Below the pieces are notes generated by a model. The model had not been told where the DNA came from, ran no database searches, and saw only the letters and a list, made by a program, of their open reading frames with translations. DNA of 64,000 nt from an uncultured virus (IMG/VR IMGVR_UViG_3300031851_003023) (lineage: Duplodnaviria; Heunggongvirae; Uroviricota; Caudoviricetes): the IMG/VR virus record IMGVR_UViG_3300031851_003023. One strand, given 5' to 3'. A program made the translations under genes and the position numbers. Each line of letters begins with the position of its first letter. Within the stretch, counting starts at the first letter, position 1. Below, piece after piece: positions 57,711 through 64,000 of this stretch.

Positions 57711-58307
57711 ATGTATGTATTTGGAAACGGTGAAAGCCGAAAAGGCTTCGACATCTCATATTGCTTTGGACCCAAGGTAGGGTGTAATGCAATTATGCGC
57801 GACTATCAAATGGACCATCTTGTATGTGTAGATAAACGTATGGTTGAAGAAGCAGTAGCACAAGGCGTAAATGTTGATACAAAAGTATACACTAGGCACG
57901 ACTGGTTTCCACGTTTTAAGAAACACAAGAACATAAGACAACTACCTGACTTGCCTTACAAAGGTAATGAACGTTGGGACGAACCATTCCAATGGGGTAG
58001 CGGTCCTTATGCTGTTCTTATTGCTGCACAAAAGGCCAAGAACGAAACAGTTCATTTAATAGGCTTTGATATGTATAGCAATACGTCAACTGTTAATAAC
58101 GTTTATAAAGATTCTAGAAACTATGATAGAGCAGACAAACGTGCTGTAGATCCTCGTTACTGGATACATCAAATAGGCAAAGTATTTGAATGTTATGCAA
58201 AAACTAACTTTGTAGTATATGAATTACATGAAAAAATGCAAAAAGCCTGGAATTACCCTAATGTTTCTCTTGACAAACTAAGTAACATACGTTATAATAG
58301 TAACTAA
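57711..58307 (+). CDS. Rossmann-like putative sugar transferase
   Basis: VFGNGESR, GCNA..RD, GSG, LIGFD. Confidence 0.55.
   Translation: MYVFGNGESRKGFDISYCFGPKVGCNAIMRDYQMDHLVCVDKRMVEEAVAQGVNVDTKVYTRHDWFPRFKKHKNIRQLPDLPYKGNERWDEPFQWGSGPYAVLIAAQKAKNETVHLIGFDMYSNTSTVNNVYKDSRNYDRADKRAVDPRYWIHQIGKVFECYAKTNFVVYELHEKMQKAWNYPNVSLDKLSNIRYNSN
58270..58298 (+). promoter_or_regulatory. sigma70 promoter for queD operon
   Basis: TTGACA-N17-TATAAT. Confidence 0.85.
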
Positions 58308-58308
58308 T

Positions 58309-58352
58309 ACAGAGGACTTTAATACGTCGACCCTCTTTAAATACTCCGCCGT
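58309..58352 (+). promoter_or_regulatory. preQ1-I-like leader hairpin (riboswitch candidate)
   Basis: AGAGG...ACCCTCT stem followed by A-rich tail, upstream of queD. Confidence 0.45.
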
Positions 58353-58372
58353 TATTTATATAGGAGAATAAC

Positions 58373-58852
58373 ATGGCTTATTACAGCACTAAAACATACG
58401 GACACAACATCGGACTATCAGCGGTGTTCCGTCAACCTAAGGCAATGCATTCACATTGTCATTTACTTCATGGATATAGTTTACAATTTAAATTTGTATT
58501 TGGATGTGCAGACCTAGATGAGAAAAACTGGGCTGTTGACTTTGGCGGATTGAAACCGTTGAAGGCTTGGCTAGAAGATAGTTTTGATCACAAGACAGCA
58601 ATTGATATTGCTGATCCAGAATTAGAAACTTTTAAGGCACTAGAAGAAAAAGGTCTAGCAGAGATTAGAACTTTTGATGGTGTTGGTTGTGAGAAGTTTG
58701 CATATCACGCATGGAAGTTTGCTGATCAACTTATTAGAGAAATTAGCGATGGACGTTGTTGGTGTGAATCAGCTGAATGTGCAGAGCATGGTGCTAACAG
58801 TGCAATCTATACACCATACTCAGTACAAAAGATGTCACACGTAGATGGCTAA
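58373..58852 (+). CDS. queD: 6-carboxytetrahydropterin synthase (QueD/PTPS family)
   Basis: HCHLLHGYS, VDFGGLK, FDH, GCE. Confidence 0.88.
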   Translation: MAYYSTKTYGHNIGLSAVFRQPKAMHSHCHLLHGYSLQFKFVFGCADLDEKNWAVDFGGLKPLKAWLEDSFDHKTAIDIADPELETFKALEEKGLAEIRTFDGVGCEKFAYHAWKFADQLIREISDGRCWCESAECAEHGANSAIYTPYSVQKMSHVDG

Positions 58853-59654
58853 GATAGACAAGAGTCAGTATACCAAAGAAGAATGGCTTGCAATAAAAGC
58901 AGAACGTAGAGAAGCAAAGTCTGCTAAACACGTAAGCAAACTCCCACAGGACTATTATATTTTGTGTCTGAAACACGGCACAAAATATTCTAGTGATTAT
59001 GTTAACAAACTTTATAACATGATCAAACGAAACTGTACTCTCGACTATAAATTTGCATGTTTAACAGATGATCCTATGGATCTTAATCCTGACATACAAG
59101 TACTTGACTTACCCAAAGGATTACCTGGATGGTGGAACAAGCCATACATGTTTACAAAAGACTTGCCTATCAAAGGCACAATACTATACTTGGACTTAGA
59201 TGTTGTTATAAGCGGTAACATTGATAAACTTCTTACATGGCAGCCTAATCATTGGTGCATAGTAAAAGACTATACACGAGCAATGAGACCAAACTACAAA
59301 AAGTACAATAGTTCAATTGTTAAATTTAAAACAGGCGAACTTGATTTTGTTTGGGAAACATATAAGAAAGATCCTGTAAAGTATCAGAAGTTATTCTTTG
59401 GCGATCAAGATTACTTGTATGATGTTACATGCAAAACAAAAGCAGCAATGTTGTATCCAGACAGCTGGACACAAAGTTGGAAATGGGAAGTAAGAAAGTC
59501 TAAAGACTTTAAACCTGGCGGTGTTAGGGGACAAAGAGAATTCAAAGAAGTTGAATCTGTTGTACCAAGAATAGAATGTTGCGTATGTGTTTTTCATGGA
59601 GACCCTAATCCAGAAAACTGTTACGATCCATGGGTGGTAGAAAATTGGCGATAA
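58845..59654 (+). CDS. Glycosyltransferase (GT-A, DxD)
   Basis: G.KY..DYVN.L, CLTDD, WWNK, YLDLDVVI, NSS, GDQD, FHGDP. Confidence 0.8.
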   Translation: MAKIDKSQYTKEEWLAIKAERREAKSAKHVSKLPQDYYILCLKHGTKYSSDYVNKLYNMIKRNCTLDYKFACLTDDPMDLNPDIQVLDLPKGLPGWWNKPYMFTKDLPIKGTILYLDLDVVISGNIDKLLTWQPNHWCIVKDYTRAMRPNYKKYNSSIVKFKTGELDFVWETYKKDPVKYQKLFFGDQDYLYDVTCKTKAAMLYPDSWTQSWKWEVRKSKDFKPGGVRGQREFKEVESVVPRIECCVCVFHGDPNPENCYDPWVVENWR

Positions 59655-60352
59655 AATATATATTTGATGTAGACGGAACACTAACTCCAAGTCGTAGTAA
59701 AATGGATTATGAGTTTAGAGCGTTCTTTAATACATTTTGTTTAGTAAACGATGTTTACCTTGTTACAGGTAGCGACAAGCCTAAGACAGTAGAGCAAATT
59801 ACTGAACCAACATACAACTTAGCAAAACGTGTGTACAACTGTTCAGGCTGTGATGTTTGGGAAGGCAAGACACACATAAGAGCATCGCATTGGGTGCTTC
59901 CTGAAGATGCACACGAATGGTTAAGTATTAAACTTACAGAAAGTCCTTTTACAATACGTTCGGGTCTACACTTTGAACATCGTCCAGGTATGGTAAATTA
60001 TAGTGTAGTAGGACGTAATGCTGATGTAGAACAACGTGCAAAGTATGTAGCATATGATACATTTGAAGACGAGCGAAACAAAATAGCAACATCTTTTAAC
60101 AAACTATTTCCGGAACTAGAAGCACGTCCGGGCGGTGAAACAGGTATTGATATTGCTCCTAAAGGAAGTGACAAGAGTCAAATACTAGTTGACTTTGATC
60201 CAAACGATACAATACACTTCTTTGGCGATAGAATGGATCCTGCAGGTAACGACTATCCGTTGAAGAAACAAATCATTGACAATGACTTAGGTATGTGCTA
60301 TAATGTATACAATTACAAAGAAACTTGGAAACTACTCGATGAACAATCTTAA
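59630..60352 (+). CDS. HAD-IIB hydrolase, phosphomannomutase-like
   Basis: FDVDGTLTPSR, VTGSD, GGETGIDI, FFGDR....GNDY. Confidence 0.85.
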   Translation: MGGRKLAIKYIFDVDGTLTPSRSKMDYEFRAFFNTFCLVNDVYLVTGSDKPKTVEQITEPTYNLAKRVYNCSGCDVWEGKTHIRASHWVLPEDAHEWLSIKLTESPFTIRSGLHFEHRPGMVNYSVVGRNADVEQRAKYVAYDTFEDERNKIATSFNKLFPELEARPGGETGIDIAPKGSDKSQILVDFDPNDTIHFFGDRMDPAGNDYPLKKQIIDNDLGMCYNVYNYKETWKLLDEQS

Positions 60353-61430
60353 ACGTATCGGCTTTGCATGTAAGTACATGGACCCCGATCAAACGCAGAA
60401 GAAGAAACTACTAGAAGAAATTCAACGACCGCTAAATACTCGTAGCACAACAGTACAGTGGCTCAACAGGCAGACACGTGATGTTGCTGAAGAACGCTTG
60501 TGGGACATCATGGTCCACAACATTGCGTCATACAAAAGGTTGATTGAATATGTTGGATCTCTTCCTCCGCAGCTTAGAATGGTCAGACTCGGTAGTGATG
60601 TACTTCCTGTTTATACCCAGCATGAGTGGTCTTATTATTGGCGTAAGCCTGATGTGGTGGCGTATGCGGAGAGAGAATTTGCAAAAGTCGGCGCAACGGC
60701 AAGAGCCCTCGATGTTAGACTCTCGATGCACCCGGGCCAATTTACAGTCCTTGCTTCAGATAATCCAGAAATAGTAGATAGGAGCGTAGAAGAATTTGAA
60801 TATCACACCGATGTCATACGCTGGATGGGATATGGCAAACAATTCCAAGATTTTAAGTGCAATGTACACATCAGCGGCCGCCAAGGTCCAGCCGGTATCA
60901 AACATGCCGTCAACAACAGACTTTCTCCAGAAGCGAGAAACACGATCACGATCGAGAACGACGAAAACAAATGGGGCATTGACGCAAGCCTCGAGCTTGT
61001 CGACACATGCGCACTCGTACTTGACATACACCATCACTGGTGCCGTGAAGGTGAATATATTAGACCAACCGACGCTAGATTTGCTCGCGTAATAGATAGC
61101 TGGCGTGGTGTGCGTCCTGTGATACATTATTCATACAGTCGTAACGAACACTTGCCCGAAGACTTCGATCATGTGTTGAAACCCGAGATGGCACAACTAC
61201 TAGCAAACGGTTACAAGAAAGCAAAACTACGAGCTCACAGTGATTACTATCCTAACCAGAGTTGCAATGATTGGGCATTGAGCTTCTTGCCTTACGCAGA
61301 TATTATGTGCGAATCCAAGATGAAGAATCTTGCTAGTATTGACTTATATAAATACAAAGAGGAACTAGAACACTATGAGCTATTTAAACACAATGTACAG
61401 CAACAAGAGCCAGAGCTCGAAAACGCCTGA
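60339..61430 (+). CDS. uvsE: UV damage endonuclease
   Basis: RIGFACK, RLSMHPGQF, CNVH, IENDE, DIHHHW, AHSD, MCESK.K. Confidence 0.93.
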   Translation: MNNLKRIGFACKYMDPDQTQKKKLLEEIQRPLNTRSTTVQWLNRQTRDVAEERLWDIMVHNIASYKRLIEYVGSLPPQLRMVRLGSDVLPVYTQHEWSYYWRKPDVVAYAEREFAKVGATARALDVRLSMHPGQFTVLASDNPEIVDRSVEEFEYHTDVIRWMGYGKQFQDFKCNVHISGRQGPAGIKHAVNNRLSPEARNTITIENDENKWGIDASLELVDTCALVLDIHHHWCREGEYIRPTDARFARVIDSWRGVRPVIHYSYSRNEHLPEDFDHVLKPEMAQLLANGYKKAKLRAHSDYYPNQSCNDWALSFLPYADIMCESKMKNLASIDLYKYKEELEHYELFKHNVQQQEPELENA

Positions 61431-61668
61431 AAAAGAATCAACAAAAAATCCTAACCGCGTAGCGGGTGGACTTAAAGGTCAAGGTGTTGATCATTTCGTA
61501 ATGGTATCAGAAGATGGCTCAGAACAACAAGTACCTAGCCAACGCTACGTACAAAGCCTTGAAGAACAGATAAGAAAACAGCGAGGCGCAATAAACGTTT
61601 TAGAACGTAAACTGGCTCGCTGTGAATCTTCTATCGATAGATTAAATTCTTTAAACTCTACTTCTTAG
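61375..61668 (+). CDS. Coiled-coil hypothetical protein
   Basis: GAGG SD; KNPNRVAGGLK. Confidence 0.6.
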   Translation: MSYLNTMYSNKSQSSKTPEKESTKNPNRVAGGLKGQGVDHFVMVSEDGSEQQVPSQRYVQSLEEQIRKQRGAINVLERKLARCESSIDRLNSLNSTS

Positions 61669-61924
61669 AAAGTTTAAAAACTTCGTCTACTAAATCAGCT
61701 TTTTTCTTTCTTTTATCAATATCAACCTTGAAATTCTCTTTAGCAAATGCTTCGAGTTTATCTTTGGTTAATTTTGATAAGTCTGCTTTCTTAACAGTCG
61801 CTTTCTTAGCCGCAGGTTTCGCCGCTGGCTTTTTGGCTTGTGTCTTAGCAGGTGCAGGCTTTGCAATAGGTGTTTCTACCACTGGCTCTGCAGATGAAAA
61901 AAGATTTCGTAACCAACTAAACAT
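61658..61924 (-). CDS. Basic protein with AKKP repeats and helix-extension-helix-like C-terminus
   Basis: AKKPAAKPAAKK; LSKLTKDKLE...DKRKKKADLV; GGAG SD. Confidence 0.65.
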   Translation of the reverse strand: MFSWLRNLFSSAEPVVETPIAKPAPAKTQAKKPAAKPAAKKATVKKADLSKLTKDKLEAFAKENFKVDIDKRKKKADLVDEVFKLSKK

Positions 61925-62146
61925 AGTTTATTCTCCATATTAATAAATTAACTCTATTATTTACATAAATATGTTAACAAGGAGACTAATTATGGTAGAA
62001 AAACTAGAATTAAAAAAGATTGATGGGCTTAGAATTGACAAGAAACCTTTCCAACCTATTAACCTTAAAAAGGACGACAAATTACCGGAAAGTAAGAAGT
62101 CTATGAAAACAACAGAAAATACTAGAGCTGGAGGATACAAATACTA

Positions 62147-62311
62147 ATGAAAAACTGGATTATAAAAAGACTAGGTGAAAGAACAACACTTGACGGTGCT
62201 GTACTTGTTGCCGCAGGCATAGCATTTCTAATTTTTAAACCAATTGCAAGTTTAGTAGCATACGGTGCAATAGCATACGGTGCATGGACTATTTGGAAAA
62301 AAGAAGACTAA
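62147..62311 (+). CDS. 54-aa membrane protein (not in ORF track)
   Basis: MKNWIIKRLGERTTLDGAVLVAAGIAFLIF...WTIWKKED; GGAGG SD. Confidence 0.6.
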   Translation: MKNWIIKRLGERTTLDGAVLVAAGIAFLIFKPIASLVAYGAIAYGAWTIWKKED

Positions 62312-62317
62312 TACGAT

Positions 62318-62569
62318 ATGGCTAGAGAATATACACTAACTGTAGAAACATCTGAAAACACTAGGGAAGTATCTGAAGGTGTTACTAAAGAGCTACACAA
62401 CGCTACTATTACTAAAGTTGAAACAGGCCAGACTATATCAATTGTTGATGTTGTAAGCACATACGATAGGGATGATTGGTGTAAAACTGTATTTGAACAT
62501 GCAAAAGAAGGATTAGATCATGAAGACGGTCCTAGCTGTTGCTATGTCAATGCAAGTTACGTAGATTAA
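62318..62569 (+). CDS. Hypothetical protein
   Basis: ORF. Confidence 0.5.
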   Translation: MAREYTLTVETSENTREVSEGVTKELHNATITKVETGQTISIVDVVSTYDRDDWCKTVFEHAKEGLDHEDGPSCCYVNASYVD

Positions 62570-62853
62570 AGTTTATTAATAGGGAGATCCGAACTAGCAC
62601 TCATGTTCCAAACTTGTTTGCGTTCGACTCCCTTTTTTTGTGCAAATTTCTTTGCATCACAATTTTCACATACATGAAAATAATTATTGTTTAACCGTTT
62701 AGGATCCATCTTACCTCTTGGACGATTAAACTCAACATCGCAACTATCACAACGAAGCAATACATATGTTTTATTACGTGTGTAAGTATGAGCTGAACCT
62801 AGCTTTGATGGCCTCGTATGCCTGGTTTGGACTACAAATTCCTTTATGAACAT
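62566..62853 (-). CDS. Zn-ribbon protein
   Basis: CDSC...CENC; ATG 5 nt after TAAATA. Confidence 0.65.
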   Translation of the reverse strand: MFIKEFVVQTRHTRPSKLGSAHTYTRNKTYVLLRCDSCDVEFNRPRGKMDPKRLNNNYFHVCENCDAKKFAQKKGVERKQVWNMSASSDLPINKL

Positions 62854-62915
62854 AATTATATTTATTACATTAGGATTATAAAACTATTCGATAAATATAT
62901 TAAACAGGAGTATGG

Positions 62916-63290
62916 ATGTTCGTATTAAGCCTCACAGAAAGTGCTAAAAGCAAAGTAAATGAATTATGTAATGTAGAGCCAAAGAAGTTTGCTGTACATT
63001 TAGGGCTTAAAGGCGGCGGATGTGCTGGTTTTGAATACGAATGGGATATGATTAACAAAGAAGGAGTTGAGGATCACGACGAAATAATAGATACAGGCGA
63101 TGGCAACTTAGTAGTAAGCGCACATAGTTTAATGTATTTGTTTGGTAGTGAAATTGACTATTCAAGGGACGTATTCCAAACTCAATTTGTTATTAACAAT
63201 CCTAATGCACAATCAGCGTGTGGTTGCGGTGTAAGTGTAAACTTTAATGATAACATAGAAGACAATATACAAATTTTGGAGCTAAAATAA
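62916..63290 (+). CDS. IscA/HesB Fe-S cluster assembly protein
   Basis: GGGCAGFEY and NPNAQSACGCGVS. Confidence 0.93.
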   Translation: MFVLSLTESAKSKVNELCNVEPKKFAVHLGLKGGGCAGFEYEWDMINKEGVEDHDEIIDTGDGNLVVSAHSLMYLFGSEIDYSRDVFQTQFVINNPNAQSACGCGVSVNFNDNIEDNIQILELK

Positions 63291-63291
63291 G

Positions 63292-64000
63292 ATGGCAAGA
63301 CAACAAGTCGATATCGGTATTGAAGGAAATGACGGAACCGGTGATAGTATTAGAGAGTCGTTTCGTAAGGTAAACGAAAACTTTCAGGAAATATATGCGG
63401 TAGTAGGTAAAGGTGGCCAGATTACATTTACACTACTTGCTGATACACCTGATAGCTTAACACCGTTTAAAGGCGATGGCGTAGATGCGTACTTGCCAAT
63501 AGTAAAACAAGACGGTACTGGTATTGAAATTAGAAAACTAGGATCAGACAGTGATGAGAATCCTGCAAATATTGATACAGTTAGTATAAGCGTTTCAGAA
63601 ACTGGTAAAATAATATTAAAACTAAATGCTATTTCGGTACAATCAGACCCTGCTCCGGTACTTGGTGGTCCATTAAACGCAGCTGGTATTGGTATTGCTA
63701 ATGTTGGTACTACTAATACTGATATTACAAACTTTAATAATGTACACGGAACATCATTAACCACTGATGATCTTGTAATTGATAAAAAGTTTGCTGATAG
63801 AAATTATATACTTAGACAGGATCCAGGTGAAACAATTAACGTTCCGTCTGAGCCAGTTGATGCTATTTCTTACACAAAAATTATTGACGCTGTACAAGAC
63901 ATTGTTGGCGCACAGGGTGTTATACTTGTACCAGCACACGGACTAACACGTGGTTCAGATGGCGCAGGATTTATTTTTAACACTTCAGGCACAGGATTAA
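63292..64000 (+). CDS. Large baseplate/tail protein, 5' part (runs off window)
   Basis: MARQQVDIGIEGNDGTGDSIRESFRKVNENFQEIY, a T4 gp9/gp10-like N-terminal motif; open to the window end. Confidence 0.8.
   Translation, partial: MARQQVDIGIEGNDGTGDSIRESFRKVNENFQEIYAVVGKGGQITFTLLADTPDSLTPFKGDGVDAYLPIVKQDGTGIEIRKLGSDSDENPANIDTVSISVSETGKIILKLNAISVQSDPAPVLGGPLNAAGIGIANVGTTNTDITNFNNVHGTSLTTDDLVIDKKFADRNYILRQDPGETINVPSEPVDAISYTKIIDAVQDIVGAQGVILVPAHGLTRGSDGAGFIFNTSGTGL

Noticed and set aside
1..64000. Alternative genetic code (stop-codon reassignment)
   Set aside because: Known genes translate full-length in code 11 and TAA, TAG and TGA all terminate genes; no suppressor tRNA seen
1..64000. Bacterial chromosome or prophage origin
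   Set aside because: Host-like genes are isolated among phage structural genes, T4-late-like elements and dense small ORFs; no integrase, rRNA or bacterial operon context

Overview
A 64 kb, AT-rich, gene-dense segment of a large T4-like (myovirus-type) bacteriophage, most likely aquatic and infecting a Gram-negative, probably proteobacterial, host (inference). Almost all genes are on the + strand. Two promoter classes are visible: consensus sigma70 promoters (GGTTGACA-N17-TATAAT) and T4-late-like TAAATA elements. Contents: putative head-packaged proteins with a shared short N-terminal leader (1-7.7 kb); exonuclease; tail/baseplate proteins; nrdA/nrdB/glutaredoxin; cell-wall hydrolase and lipoproteins; translation genes (bS21, IF-1, TilS-like, 7 tRNAs); stress/proteostasis genes (GroES, Hsp20, ClpS, ClpP, peroxiredoxin, UvsE, IscA); heme oxygenase plus bilin reductase; guaC; queD; four 2OG-Fe(II) oxygenases; DNA methyltransferase; DNA ligase. 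Most notable: (1) a curli-like module (csgF, csgG, two curlin-repeat proteins) linked to a FecR-domain protein, a CHASE2 adenylate cyclase and two paralogous small membrane proteins; (2) an apparently circularly permuted ParB/DGQH-type gene; (3) a -1 frameshift site fusing two ORFs; (4) candidate leaderless late mRNAs; (5) a preQ1-like leader upstream of queD and a ROSE-like thermometer upstream of hsp20; (6) an unusual tRNA-Ser(ACT) and two unannotated structured RNAs in the tRNA cluster. All protein calls come from motif recognition by eye; no database searches were run.
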